This document shows positions 12,613-26,655 of a stretch of DNA of 64,000 nucleotides, piece by piece. The position numbers were made by a program, and so were the translations under genes. The notes beneath the pieces are model-generated. The model worked only from the letters and a program-made list of their open reading frames with translations, was not told the origin of the DNA and ran no database searches. The stretch is from Prorocentrum cordatum (Eukaryota): assembly GCA_963575745.1 (NCBI GenBank), contig CAUYUJ010000089.1, forward strand, positions 1-64,000. The letters run 5' to 3'. Position 1 is the stretch's first letter. Each line of letters begins with the position of its first letter.

Positions 12613-14504
12613 CGTGTTGAGGACGGACAGAGGGACGGATACGGGAAAGGGGAGACAGACTGACAGATAGCAGCATGAGTTCCGCAGTTGACGGTCTGAG
12701 TTTGTTTGCTTTTTGTTTTTGCGAGTCGGATTATATACTGCAGAAAATGCAACAAACACGGTGCTGGGGCCGCTACCAAACGGGAGGTTCCCAACGGGGG
12801 CCTCTGTCAGCGGTGCTGTTTTTGGGACCTGGGCCCGGGGGCAACAACCATCTTATCCTCGCGGCCGCTTCGCCCGAGAAACGGGCTGTTCCGAGGCGAG
12901 ACAGTCGAAGCGGGAGGCTGCGGGGGCGTCTTCCCGTTGGAGCTCCTCGACATATATCCCGTCTTACCAGGCCTCTCACTCCTCCTGTTCTCTCTGCCCC
13001 GTTGCCTGGCGCTTGTGTCCCAGTGCTCACGTCCGGTAGCCCCTCGTTTATGTACATGCATACGCACATGCATACATACATGTATTGATACATGCATGCA
13101 TGCATACATACATGCGTACATACAAGCATACATACATGCATCCACATACATTTACATACATGTACATATACATATATAGATTTAGTATCAGCATACGTGC
13201 ATACGCACATGCATCCATACCTGCGTACACACATACTCCATATATGCACACACATACACATGCATACACATACATACATACACACATACATGCATACATA
13301 CATACATGCATGCATACATTCATTCATACCTACATGTGTACAAACATACATGTATAAATGTACACATACAAACACACGTACATACACACATGCACACCGA
13401 CATGTACATGCATGCATACATACACATACACTCGTGTAGGTATCCATGATTTGTTGTAGGTATGTACGGTGGTTTACTTCTGATGGTGGCCATCACCCCT
13501 TCGATCTGCCAGGCACCATTTGGATGCATCCCACGCCATATCGATATCTTCTCCCCATCCCTTTGATCCCACCCACCTCTATCCCCTCTTCACCCGTATC
13601 CTCCCCCCCGAGGCCGATGGAGTTCCGATGGGGGCGTCGATCGCCCCCTCGATCGACGTTCGGTGCCTGGCGGCCTCCTCTCACCCCTCCACACCGTTGC
13701 CCTATGAGGGGGGCTCTCGCGCAGGATCCGCCCGCGAGGACTCCGATTCCACCCCGCCCCCCCCGTCATCAAGCGAGGGCCTCGATCGAGAAGGCTGCGC
13801 TCGCATCCAGGGTCGGACTTCGAAGCATTCCCCCTCCTCACTCTACCCCTCAGCCTCGATCCAGCTCGAGTTGTAAGGCAGACAGCCTCGGCAGGGCGCG
13901 GGGGGCCCTGCATGCCTCCATGCCTTGAAGCTCTCGCACGTCCCGCCCTGAGGGCCGAAAGGCTTGAGATCGATCGGTCGATCAATCGATCGACTGATCG
14001 AGATCGCTCGATCGATCGAGCAATCGGTCGATCGACCGATCGATCCACGCCTTTCGGCGTGCACGCCTCCGTGCCCTGCCGAGGCTGGCCCCGCAGCGCT
14101 CGACTCCAGCCCCTCCCCGTCGCTCCAGAGCGGGTACGGCGACTCGAGGCTCATCCAGTGAGCGGCCCAGCCCTGATATATGTCAGGGCCGACGTGTATA
14201 TATATGGATCTATCTGTCCTTGCGCGGCAGCCCTGAGAATCTGTCAGGGCCGACATATTATCATATGTCCGCCGATCATCAGGTTAGCAGCTTGCTTCCT
14301 GCGCGGCAGCCCTGAGAATCTCAGGACCCGCCGATCATCAGGCTCGTGAGCCTGCAGCTTTCTTCCTCCCCCCCTCCATGCACATGCGCGCGCAAACATG
14401 TACACGCACGCACGCACACGCACACACACACACAGGGAGACACACACACACACGCACACACACGCACACACACGCACACACGCACACACACGCACGCACG
14501 CACG

Positions 14505-14563
<59 letters not shown>

Positions 14564-15150
14564 ACGCACACATACGCACGCACACACGCTTTGTATGCGC
14601 GCGGGAGCCTGGGAGTCATGAGCCCCTCCTCCTCGAGGATCCTCTGAATCCCCGCTTCTCTTCGAACGATCGCTTGCGACCGTTCGCGCCGAGAGTTCCG
14701 GGTGCACCCGTACGCCGTGGGGCGCGCCGAGGCGGCACATGTCGATGGAAATGGTGCGTGCGCGTTTCCCTCTCGAGCTCTCGCTTGCATGTGGCGAGAA
14801 GGGCAGAGCATTCGTTCTGAAGCTGAGGCTGACACGATTTGCGACGAGTGGCCAGCGGCCGCGCTCTCGACGGAAAGGGCGTCTCATATATATATATATA
14901 ATTATATATATATATATGTATATGTATATATAATGTTTATATATATCTCACGAACATAAACATATATTAATATAAGATGTGCATGTGCCTCTCTCGTCCC
15001 TCGATCCTGAAATTTTGAAGGGCCCCCCGCGGCACGCGATTCAGCGGCGCAGGGAGCGCGGGCTGAAAGGCCTGCAAGCCAAATGCACGGCGAGCCACAC
15101 GTCGGATGACAAGTGCGGGCGTCATATGTATATATACACATATATGTATG

Positions 15151-15278
<128 letters not shown>

Positions 15279-16586
15279 GAGAGAAACATCCTCTGCATAC
15301 CCCTTCCAACTCTCCATCCTGACGCTGCAGAACGCGGGTTCGGCGCGTGAGCGGCATCATGCTGCCGTGTACTATTGCACGTACGTGCTGCAGAAAAAAA
15401 CGGAAAATGAATGGGCCGCTGCGGGCCCGTCTCCGCCCCTCCCCCCTGAGCAGATTCCCCCTCGAGTACGGCCTCGAAATCCTGCGTGCGTGCAGCTTAA
15501 CGGCCACAATTAACTGCGAACCATAACATTCCAGCGGCCAACTGCGAACTGTAATATTCCAACTATAAACTGCGAGCCGTGGATTTCGATATCGTTTTTT
15601 TTTTGGGGGGGGGAATTGCTTCCATCACCATGTTGCAATTGTTTTTTACCCCTCTTGGGGACGTTGCAATTTTTTGCAACGCAGCAATGTCAGGGGAGGA
15701 CGGGTACACGGCGGACAGCAGCTCGACGGCGTCGGCCGAAGCAGCAGACGCCGAGCCCTTGGAAGGAAACTGGAGTCCAGAGCTATGCTTGCCGCTTCGC
15801 GTACTCCCCAATCAGCCCCTCCTGAACAGAGAGGGCGAGGCAGCCGCCAAACAGAATATCCAGATTTGTTTGAGCAGGGCCAGAAGTAAACCATAATAGG
15901 CTTCGCATATCTTTCGATACGGGAGCCTTTTGGCAGTTTGCATGGGCCGCGTTGGGACCCCATTGTTTGAAGGCCTTGGTGCCCTGTTTGGGCCTTCTTG
16001 GGTCCCTCTTGAGGGCCCCAGGGGGCCTATCGGGGACACCTTGGAGGATATCGATCCAATATTGGGAGTTAATTAAATGGGTTCCCCCCCTCTGGAGCCC
16101 AGAGAGTCGCCTCGTGGGGCTCTCTCGGAGCGCTCTTGGGCGCTCTCGCATCCGTCTTGGAGCTCTCTTGAGCCCCTTTTGGGGCTCTCTTGGGCCAGCT
16201 TGGAGCCGTCTTGAGGCCTCGGAAGTCCATCAGAAACGAGAGCTTAGAATGCAACAAACATTTGTTGTGCTTAGGTCTTGTACGGTTGGAAAGCTCCGTG
16301 GCCGCTTGGTGCAGTCTTGGAGCGGTCTTGCGCTATCTTCGGATATCTTGGCGCATCTTGAAGGTCATTTTGGGCTCTTTGAGGCCCTCTTGGAGCCATC
16401 TTGGGTCATCTTGGACGCTCCAATCGGTCGCCCCTCCCCGTCCAGACCCAGTGACAACGCAATTGATTGGCTCGCTCCCACCCGCCCTCCCAACACATTC
16501 AGAGGGAAGGGAAACGGGGGGAGGGTGAGTGGCCGCTGTGCTTCTCAGGCCGCTGAGCCTTTTTCTGGGGGCCAAACTCACCCACC

Positions 16587-16783
16587 TACGGGGCGTGAAA
16601 ACGACCACAGCCACTGCTTTTCTTTTGCTGCCGCCTTCCAGCCCGCAGAAACAAAGCAGTGGTTGTGGTCACTTTCGTTGAGCTTGGCACCAGGGAGATG
16701 ACCACAGCCACTGCTTCTTTTTCGGCCGGCTGGAAGGCGGCGCAAACAAGAAGCAGTGGCTGTGGTCATTTTCCCGTCCCGCA
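16587..16783. mobile_element. 197-bp MITE with 5-bp TSD CCACC
   Basis: TACGGGGCGTGAAAACGACCACAGCCACTGC / GCAGTGGCTGTGGTCATTTTCCCGTCCCGCA; four internal GACCACAGCCACTGC motifs in two inverted pairs. Confidence 0.8.
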
Positions 16784-16944
16784 CCACCCACCCCGAACCC
16801 AAGCTCTAAACTGTTGGAGCCACTCTTTGGAGCGGGGCCGAGGCTGGATGTAGGTCGTGTGCCCGCCGTGCCCTGGACGGCGGGGTTGGCTCGTCTCGCC
16901 CTTCGGCCCCAAGAATCTCTCCCGTTTTTTTTGTGGTGCGGGGA

Positions 16945-17118
16945 TTGGGCGCTGCGTAATGGGGGATCATAAATGGGGGGGTGGCGAGTGTGGCCCGAAA
17001 AGGTACCCAAACGGTACCTAAACGAGCCCCCTGGGGCTCTGGAGGGGCCCGAAAGGGGCACGAAAGGGGACCTTTTCTGACCCCCCCATTTGTGACCCCC
17101 CCATTTAGCCACGCCCAA
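16945..17118. mobile_element. 174-bp MITE with 5-bp TSD GGGGA
   Basis: TTGGGCG..AATGGGGG..CATAAATGGGGG / CCCCCATTTGTGACCCCCCCATTT..CGCCCAA; GGGGA at 16940-16944 and 17119-17123. Confidence 0.75.
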
Positions 17119-19011
17119 GGGGAGGCCCCTCAGCTCAGTCGGCAAGCGAGGGTGCCTCGGACCGCCCGTGCAGTGCTCCTGCCTGCGTGAGCGGCCCCCC
17201 GGAAGTTCCCGAGCAGGTCCTCAGGGCGAAGACAGGTTTGGATCTCCGTATCGTTCACTCTGCCCTCCCCCCCACCAAATGAGCAGCACTCCTCATCCTC
17301 CTCCTCCTCCTGCTCCTGCTGCTCCTCCTCCTCCCCCTCCCCCTCCCCCTCCCCCCCCTCCCCCCCCCCTTTCCCCCTCCCCCTCCCCTCCCCCTCCCCC
17401 TCCCCCTCCCCCTCCTCCTCCTCCTCCTCCTCCTCCTCCCCTCCTCCTCCTCCTCCTCCTCCTCCTCCTCCTCCTCCTCCTCCTCCTCCTCCAACCAGAG
17501 GCTCAGCGCGGGCGGGGGCCACCGTTCGTCATCATCGGAAGTCGATGCGCGCGCCAGCCCGGTGCGCGACGCCAGCGGGGTGCGCCGCCCGTGCCCGGGC
17601 ACCCACGTCGTCAACCCTGTCAGATAACAATGCTCGGGAGCGGAAAAGAGGGGGGTGATGACTAGGGGGGGGGGGGGATATCATAGCGGGGGCCATGATT
17701 TTTCTTCAGATTTCATGGCGCCTCTTCTCATTTCATTACGTCCCTGACCCCCCCGCTGGGCCGCGCACATGCCAGCGGTCATGATTTGCACCCCCCCCTC
17801 TTGGACCCCCCTCCTTGGCCGCTCCCGAAGATAACAATGCGAAGCGATCCCAGGGTGCCCGCGCATGGTCGTTGATGGGAAGTGTGTGTTAGCATTGTTT
17901 TTTTGACAGGGGTGATGAGCCTGCGCGGCCTGCGCGCAGCAGGCAGCATGCGACCCCCCCGCCTGTCCCTGTCAAAAAACAGTGCAACTCCTCCTCCTCC
18001 TCCTCCTCCTCCTCCTCCTCCTCCTCCTCCTCATCTCGGCGGTTCATTTGTTGGGGCCCGAGGTTTGGGGCCCTACGGATGGGAAGGGATCCCAGGTCGA
18101 CTGCCGCTTTGGGTCGGGACTCTTTTGGCGCTCCTCGCTCTCCGTCCCCTTTCCTTTCCTCCCTTCCTTTGGAGTCGGCTGGGGATCTGAGGTGGCCTGG
18201 CACCGTTTTCGGCGAGCAGGAGGGGGGGGGGGGGGGGGGCGAGGTTCGAGGGCCTGGGTTCGAAAAGGTTTTTGCCTTCTCGGGCTTCTGGGAGCCTTTT
18301 TCGGTTCGGGTCCCGATTCCGTCGAAAACATACCCAGGATGACAAATTGCACCAGATGGACCTGGGGAGGGGTCCGGGGACAGTTTTTCTTTGCGGATTG
18401 GCCCTTACCCCTTCTTGACACATTCTCTGGGGGTCCATCAAGTTCAGACCTCCTGGCGGCCTCCAACCCTTCCCTTCCTTTGCCCTTCTCCTCCTTCTCC
18501 TCTTCGCTTGAACTTGCAAGGGTTCAAGACGATGTAACTAGGTCTTGCGGCGGCGCCTGACTGACCTACAGAGCCGTCCGTCGGAAATTCAAGTTCACTG
18601 GGTCCGTCTTGCGGTGCGGTCATTGAGCGCTCGAGCACAACGTGGTGCCATGAGGCCCCGCCGGTGAGACGAGGGGGCTGGGGCGAGGGTGGGGGCATCT
18701 GTTCACTGGCCTCTGCATTCAGCCTTATGGCGTGTAGTCTCTTGACAGGGGATCCTGGATCACCACTTGTTGTCATGCGACAGTGGTGCTAGGCCCCCCC
18801 GTCACTAGACTTTTTCCCCACATCCTGAGTGGGGTTCTTGTTTTCCCAGAACATCCTCTCCTCCTCCTCCTCCTCCTCCTCCTCCTCCTCCTCCTCGCTT
18901 CCTCCACCATCCCATACTGTATCATACCATACCAATACCATGCCACTCCATACCATACCTTACCATACCATACCATGCATCCACCATCCCATACCATACC
19001 ATGCCTTTCCT

Positions 19012-20875
19012 CACACCATGTTATTTATCAGGTTTCGTGCCCCTCCCACCCCTCCAGGGAGGCCCCGCCTGAGCGAGCAGGGTATTCGCACACCATGTTA
19101 TTTATCAGGTTTCGTGCCCCTCCCACCCCTCCAGGGAGGCCCCGCCTGAGCGAGCAGGGTATTCGCACACCATATTATTTATTAGGTTTCGTGCCCCTCC
19201 CACCTCTCCAGGGAGGCCCCGCCTGAGCGAGCAGGGTATTCGCACACCATGTTATTTATCAGGTTTCGTGCCCCTCCCACCCCTCCAGGGAGGCCCCGCC
19301 TGAGCGAGCAGGGTATTCGCACACCATTTGATTTATCAGGTTTCGTGCCCCTCCCACCCCTCCAGGGGGCCCCGCCTGAGCGAGCAGGGTATTCGCACAC
19401 CATGTTATTTATCAGGTTTCGTGCCCCTCCCACCCCTCCAGGAGGACCCGCCTGAGCGAGCAGGGTATTCCGCACACCATGTTATTTATCAGGTTTCGTG
19501 CCCCTCCCACCCCTCCAGGGAGGCCCCGCCTGAGCGAGCAGGGTATTCGCACACCATGTTATTTATCAGGTTTCGTGCCCCTCCCACCCCTCCAGGGAGG
19601 CCCCGCCTGAGCGAGCAGGGTATTCGCACACAATGTTATTTATCAGGTTTCGTGCCCCTCCCACCCCTCCAGGGAGGCCCCGCCTGAGCGAGCAGGGTAT
19701 TCGCACACCATGTTATTTATCAGGTTTCGCGTCCCTCCCACCCCTCCAGGGAGGCCCCGCCTGAGCGAGCAGGGTATTCGCACACCATGTTATTTATCAG
19801 GTTTCGTGCCCCTCCCACCCCTCCAGGGAGGACCCGCCTGAGCGGGCATGGTATTCGCACACCATGTTATTTATCAGGTTTCGTGCCCCTCCCACCCCTC
19901 CAGGGAGGCCCCGCCTGAGCGAGCAGGGTATTCGCACACAATGTTATTTATCAGGTTTCGTGCCCCTCCCACCCCTCCAGGGGGGGCCGCCTGAGCGAGC
20001 AGGGTATTCGCAGACCATGTTATTTATCAGGTGTCGTGCCCCTCCCACCCCTCCAGGGAGGCCCCGCCTGAGCGAGCAGGGTATTCGCACACCATGGTAT
20101 TTATCAGGTTTCGTGCCCCTCCCACCCCTCCAGGGAGGACCCGCTGAGCGAGCAGGGCATTCGCACACGCATGTTATTTATCAGGTTTCAGTGCCCCTCC
20201 CACTCCTCCAGGGAGCCCCGCCTGAGTCGAGCAGGGTATTCGCACACCATGTTTATTTATCAGGTTTTTTCGTGCCCCTCACCACCACCTCCAGGGAGGC
20301 CCCGCCTGAGGAGCATTTTTCCAAAGGGTATTCGCACACATGTTATTTATCAGGTTTCGTTCCCCTCCCACCCGCCAGGGAGGACCCGCCTGAGCGGGCA
20401 GGGGATTCGCACACCATGTTATTTATCAGGTTTCGTGCCCCTCCCACCCCTCCAGGGAGGCACCGCCTGAGCGAGCAGGGTATTCGCACACCATGATATT
20501 TATCAGGTTTCCTGCCCCACCCATCCCTCCAGGGAGGCCCCGCCTGAGCGAGCAGGGTATTCGCGCACCATGCTATTTATCAGGTGTCGTGCCCCTCCCA
20601 CCCCTCCAGGGAGGCCCCACCAGAGCGGGAAGGGTGTTCGCACACCATGTTGTTTATCAGGTATCCTGCCCATCCCACACCTCCAGGGAGGCCCCGCCTG
20701 AGCGAGCAGGGTATTCGCACACCATGTTATTTATCAGGTTTCGTGCCCCTCCCACCCCTCCAGAGGGGCCCCGCCTGAGCGGGAAGGGTGTTCGCACACC
20801 ATGTTATTTATCAGGTATCCTGCCCATCCCACCCCTCCAGGGGGGCCCCGCCTGAGCGAGCAGGGTATTCGCACT
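19012..20875. repeat. 77-bp tandem satellite, ~24 copies
   Basis: Unit CACACCATGTTATTTATCAGGTTTCGTGCCCCTCCCACCCCTCCAGGGAGGCCCCGCCTGAGCGAGCAGGGTATTCG. Confidence 0.97.
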
Positions 20876-22289
20876 ATTTCTATTGCTACTACTGTTATTG
20901 TTACTAAAACCAATGGTACACAGGGCCTAACATTGATATGCGTGGTTCCTCGGTCGCGTATTCTTAGTGCTGTATCCAGATGAGGTGGTTCGTGGGTGTT
21001 CTGCCAAAGCCGTTGTATGTTTCAGTCGTCCTTCGTTTCAATCGCCTTGCAGTGGCGCAGCTGGAACATCTTGCGTAAATTATGAAGACGCATCCCTTGC
21101 GTAATTTATGAAGACGCATCCGAAAAGCAAGAGGGCCGTAAAAGGCCGCTCGGCTTTGCCCGAAATCCCCGGATGTACAGCTTTATTCAGGTCGGCTGTG
21201 CGCAGCAGGACCGGGCTTCGGGGGTCGGCAGGTGCGGTCGCGTGAACTGAAAGAGAGCACGAGAAGGAGGAGGGGGAGGAGTAGAGCAGGACTGAGGAGA
21301 GGGGGAGAGACGGGCGGCGTCTGTTAGTTGCAGCGCCTGCCATGCGCCTGGCAACGGTGCATCTTTTCCTCCACCGCGTTATGCTGGGGCGGCCACGACA
21401 GAGCGGATTTCATAGCCGAGGCCATGATTTCTTTGCGGATTTCAGTGGTCCACTCGTCTTACTCCAACACGTCGCTTCGCCCCACATGCTCGTCCTGGCA
21501 AGTGCCTCCGGCCATGATTTGCGAATCCCGTCTTGGGCGCCCCCGATATGCAGTGCGGTGTCTCTGCATCGGCGTGTGTGGTTGGAATCCATCGCCGTAC
21601 CTATACGTGTCGCATTCACGTTGTCTTCGGTATTTTAAAAAGAGCAGCTTGCGCGCGTTTTCATTGAGCCCGCTGACGAGGAGACACGGCTGGCCCCTAT
21701 GTGGGAACGAGCACGCAAACCTACGTACGGATTATTTGTTGTTCTTGGGATGGCCTCGAAACGCCTGCAAGGTAGACTCACGCAGTGCGATGACGACCCC
21801 AGCGGGGGCGTTAAAGGTGGAACGTCGCGGGTGGGTGGCCCAGAGTCGGTTCATACCGAACGATTGTGTACGATCGGAAGGCCGCGATCGCTCAAGGCTT
21901 GAGCATGCACGCGGTGTCCAAAACAAACGCCGAAGCCGCCATGACACGAACTTGCCGTAGCTGGCCGGCTGGGTCTGTTCAGAACCCTTTGGGGACCTTC
22001 CTGGGGACTTCCCACGATTTCTGAACTAAGGTCTTCGGCTGCGCCTGGGGGGCGCCGGGGCAGTGCCCGGGATCAGCTGTTGCGGGCGCGCTGTCCTGAG
22101 AGCCCCAGTCAAAGCAGAAAGGGTCTGGGAGATGGGGGTGGATAAGGAGGGAGGGGGGTGAAGGAGGAGGAGGAGGAGGAGGGAACAACAGAAACGTGGA
22201 AGAGGAGAAACAGGAGGACAATGACATGGAAAAGGACGAGGAGGAGAAAGACGATTGGAGGAGGAAGAGGAGGAGACTGGCGGATTGCA

Positions 22290-22390
22290 CAGCCTTTGAG
22301 GGTGGCGAATATGAGCCGACGGCACAAATTGCGGGTGCTGCAAGCTCGCGTGTATACTAAGTTGTTATATGGGCTAGAATCCTGGCTTGA
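22290..22390 (+). mobile_element. Short non-LTR (LINE) ORF2 fragment
   Basis: ANMSRRHKLRVLQARVYTKLLYGLESW resembles the conserved post-RT region (K..Y...V...LLYG.E.W) of RTE/CR1-type LINEs. Confidence 0.45.
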
Positions 22391-22601
22391 TTTAGGGCGG
22401 ATTTAGGTTGAGTCGGTTGAGTGTTTTTGTGTTTTGATGCCGACGACGATTGTAATGATGGTGGTTATCAAATCGTAGTGCTGATGGTGGTGGCGATGGT
22501 GATGGTGATGATGGTGGTGCTCATCACATCCAGAATCACCATCATCACCATCATCATCATCACCATCACAACCGCCCTCACCATACCATCATCACCATCC
22601 C

Positions 22602-22672
<71 letters not shown>

Positions 22673-22887
22673 CCATCCATACCATCAGCATCGCCATCAC
22701 CATCACCATCGTCACCAATGTGGTCCGTAGGACTTGGCTCAAAATAATGTCGTCGTCCGCTGGGGCGGTTTCCCCGAGCCCTCCGTCCTCGTCCTCTCCT
22801 TTGATTTCCCCGAGCCCTGCGCCCTTTGATTTACCTTACCATACCATACCATGCATCCACCATCCCAAACCATACCATGCATTTCCT

Positions 22888-25720
22888 CACACCATGTTAT
22901 TTATCAGGTTTCGTGCCCCTCCCACCCCTCCAGAGGGGCCCCGCCTGAGCGAGCGGGGTATTCGCACACCATGTCATTTATCAGGTTTCGTGTCCTTCCC
23001 ACCCCTCCAGGGGGCCCCCGCCTGAGCGAGCAGGGTATTCGCACACCATGTTATTTATCAGGTTTCGTGCCCCTCCCACCTCTCCAGGGAGGCCCCGCCT
23101 GAGCGAGCAGGGTATTCGCACACAATGTTATTATCAGGTTCGTGCCCCTCCCACCCCTCCAGGGAGGCCCCGCCTGAGCGAGCAGGGTATTCGCACACCA
23201 TGATATGTATCAGGTTTCCTGCCTCACCCATCCCTCCAGGGAGGCCCCGCCTGAGCGAGCAGGGTATTCGCACACCATGCTATTTATCAGGTTTCGTGCC
23301 CCTCCTTCCCCTCCAGGGAGGCCCCACCAGAGCGGGAAGGGTGTTCGCACACCATGTTATTTATCAGGTATCTTGCCCATCCTACCCCTCCAGTGAGGCC
23401 CCGCCTGAGCGAGCAGGGTATTCGCACACCATGTTGTTTATAAGTTTTCGTGCCTCTCCCACCCCTCCAGGGAGGCCCAGCCTGAGCAAGCAAGGTATTC
23501 GCACACCATGTTGTTTATCAGGTTTCGTGCCCCTCCCACCCCTCCAGGGAGGCCCCGCCTGAGCGAGCAGGGTCTAGTCGCACACCATGTTATTTATCAG
23601 GTTCGTGACCTCCCACCCCTCCAGGGAGGCCCCGCCTGCAGCGAGCAGGGTATTGCTACACCATGATATTTATCATGGTTTCTGCCCCACCCATCCTCCA
23701 GGGAGGCCCGCCTGCCTGAAGCGAGCAGGGTATTCGCACACCATGCTATTTATCAAGACTTTTAGTGCCCTCCCACCCTCCAGGAAGGACCCCACCAGAG
23801 CGGGGAAAGGTGTTCGCACACCATGTTTATTTATCAGGTTTTCCTGCCCATCCGACCCCTCCAGGGAGGCCCCGCCTGAGCGAGCAGTGTATTCGCACAC
23901 CATGTTATGTATCAGGTTTCGCGCCCCTCCCACCCCTCCAGGGAGGCCCCGCCTGAGCGAGCAGGGTATTCGCACACCATGTTATTTATCAGGTTTCGTG
24001 CCCCTCCCACCTCTCCAGGGAGGCCCCGCCTGAGCGAGCAGGGTATTTGCACACCATGTTATTTATCTGGTTTCGTGCCCCTCCCACCCCTCCAGGGAGG
24101 CCCCGCCTGAGCGAGCAGGGTATTCGCACACCATGGTATTTATCAGGTTTCGTGCCCCTCCCACCCCTCCAGGGAGGCCCCGCCTGAGCGGGCAGGGTAT
24201 TCGCACACCATGTTATTTATCAGGTTTCGTGCCCCTCCCACCCCTCCAGGGAGGCCCCGCCTGAGCGAGCAGGGTATTCGCACACCATGTTATTTATCAG
24301 GTTTCGTGCCCTCCCACCTCTCCAGGGAGGCCCCGCCTGAGCGAGCAGGGTATTCGCACACCATGTTATTTATCAGGTTTCGTGCCCCTCCCACCCCTCC
24401 AGGGAGGCCCCGCCTGAGCGAGCAGGGTATTCGCACACCATGATATTTATTAGGTTTCCTGCCCCACCCATCCCTCCAGGGAGGCCCCGCCTGAGCGAGC
24501 AGGGTATTCGCACACCATGCTATTTATTAGGTTTCGCGCCCCTCCCAACATTCCAGGGAGGCCCCACCAGAGCGACCAGGGTATTCGCACACCATATTAT
24601 TCATCAGGTTTCATGCCCCTTCCACCCCTCAGGAAGGCCCCACAAGAGCGGGAAGGGTGATCGCCACACCATGTTATGTATCAGTATCCTGCCCATACGA
24701 CCCCTCCAGGGAGGCGCCCCGACTGAGAGAGCAGGGTATTCGCACACCATGCTATTTATAAGTTGTCGTGCCTCTCCCCCCTCCAGGGAGGGCCCAGCCT
24801 GAGCGAGCAAGTATTCGCACACCATGTATTTATTAAGGTTTCGTGCCCCTCCCCCCCCTCCAGGGAGGCCCCGCCTGAGCGAGCAGGGTATTCGCACACC
24901 ATGTTATTTATCAGGTTTCGTGCCCCCCCCACCCCTCCAGGAAGGCCCCACCAGAGCGGGCAGGGTATTCGCACACCAGGTTGTTTATCTGGTTTCGTGC
25001 CCCTCCACCCCTCCAGGGAGGCCCCACCAGAGCGGGCAGGGTATCCGCACACCATGTTATTTATCAGGTTTCGCGCCCCTCCAAACATTCCAGGGAGGCC
25101 CCGCCAGAGCGGGCAGGGTATTCGCACACCATATGATTTATCAGGTGTCATGCCCCTCCCACCCCTCCAAGGAGGCCCCACCAGAGCGGGCAGGGTATCC
25201 GCACACCATGTTATTTATCAGGTTTCGCACCCCTCCCAACATTCCAGGGAGGCCCCGCCAGAGCGGGCAGGGTATTCGCACACCATATGATTTATCAGGT
25301 TTCATGCCCCTCCCACCCCTCCAGGGAGGCCCCACCAGAGCGGGCAGGGCATTCGCACACCATATAATTTATTAGGTTTCGTGCCCCTCCCGCCACTCCC
25401 CCGCCAGAGCGGGCAGGGTAGTCGCACGCCATATTTTATTATTAGGTTTCGTGCCGTTCCCGCCCCTTCCAGGGAGGCCCCACCAGAGCGGGCAGGGTAT
25501 TCGCACACCATGTTATTTATCAGGTGTCGTGCCCCTCCCACCCCTCCAGGGAGGCCCCACCAGAGCGGGCAGGGTATCCGTACACCCTATTATTTATCAG
25601 GTTTCGTGCCCCTCCCACCCCTCCAGGGAGGCCCCACCAGAGCGGGCAGGGTATTCGCACACCATATTATTTATCAGGTTTCGTGCCCCTCCCACCCCTC
25701 CAGGGAGGACCCACCAGAGC
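22888..25720. repeat. 77-bp tandem satellite, second array, ~37 copies
   Basis: Same unit, preceded by a copy (22839-22887) of the first array's leader. Confidence 0.97.
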
Positions 25721-26128
25721 GCAGACAAGAAGCAATGGAACCCCGTAACATCTTTATGTGGGGAACTCTGTTAGCATAATTATGCACGAGCTTCAAGGAT
25801 TCACATGGCTAGCGTACCGGAAGCTGTGCTTTGGAACGAGTCAGGGCTGTCAGGGCCCCGCAGTTACGTTGATTCGCTGTCTTGAAGTCCCAAGGACGGT
25901 GGTCTGGCACGACTCAGGATCATCAAGACGCAATCTTCAGGTTGATTCGTGGCGGTGGAGACCCGAGAAAGACGCTGTGGCACTCTTCAGGATCTTCAAA
26001 CGGCTGTCTCCCAACGGGGCACTTCCCCCAGTGGACAAGAATCCTTGTAGATGCTCATGAAGAGGAAGCCTAGATGGAGGGGTCATTCCGACATCGTTGA
26101 CGAATTTCGGGTTTACACTGGTCCTACC

Positions 26129-26208
26129 CCTCCTCCTCCTCCTCCTCCTCCTCCTCCTCCTCCTCTTCCTCCTCCTCCTCCTCCTCCTCCTCCTCCTCCT
26201 CCTCCTCC

Positions 26209-26259
<51 letters not shown>

Positions 26260-26412
26260 GCAGCAGCATCATCATCAGCAGCATCATCAGCATCATCAGA
26301 ATCATCCTCATCATCATCATCATCATCAGCATCAGCATCATCATCATCAGCATCATCATCCTCATCCTCATCCTGATCCTGATCATCATCATCATCACCA
26401 TCATCATCCTCC

Positions 26413-26454
<42 letters not shown>

Positions 26455-26549
26455 GCATCATCATCATCATCAGCATCCTCATCCTCATCCTGATCATCAT
26501 CATCATCATCATCATCAGCATCATCATCATCATCCTCATCATCATCCTG

Positions 26550-26586
<37 letters not shown>

Positions 26587-26611
26587 GCAGCATAATCATC
26601 ATCATCATCAG

Positions 26612-26655
<44 letters not shown>

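Larger units (their letters stand above)
18811..25790 (+). mobile_element. Helentron/HINE-like non-autonomous element (or tandem pair) carrying a 77-bp satellite
   Basis: 5' TTTTTCCCCACAT with hairpin CCCCAC/GTGGGG, then (CCT)n, (CCATA)n and arrays; 3' ATGTGGGGAA (25756-25765) followed by palindrome GCATAATTATGC (25774-25785). Confidence 0.55.

Noticed and set aside
20150..20400. Indel-rich satellite units (also ~23570-23870 and ~29700-30400)
   Set aside because: Scattered 1-2 nt indels look like long-read consensus error rather than biology.
19012..20875. Hammerhead ribozyme/retrozyme in the 77-bp unit (CGAAAC CTGATAA on the minus strand)
   Set aside because: No CTGANGA core, and the motifs abut, leaving no room for stems I and III.
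19012..25720. CRISPR array
   Set aside because: Units are contiguous full-length repeats with no unique spacers, there are no cas genes, and the context is eukaryotic.
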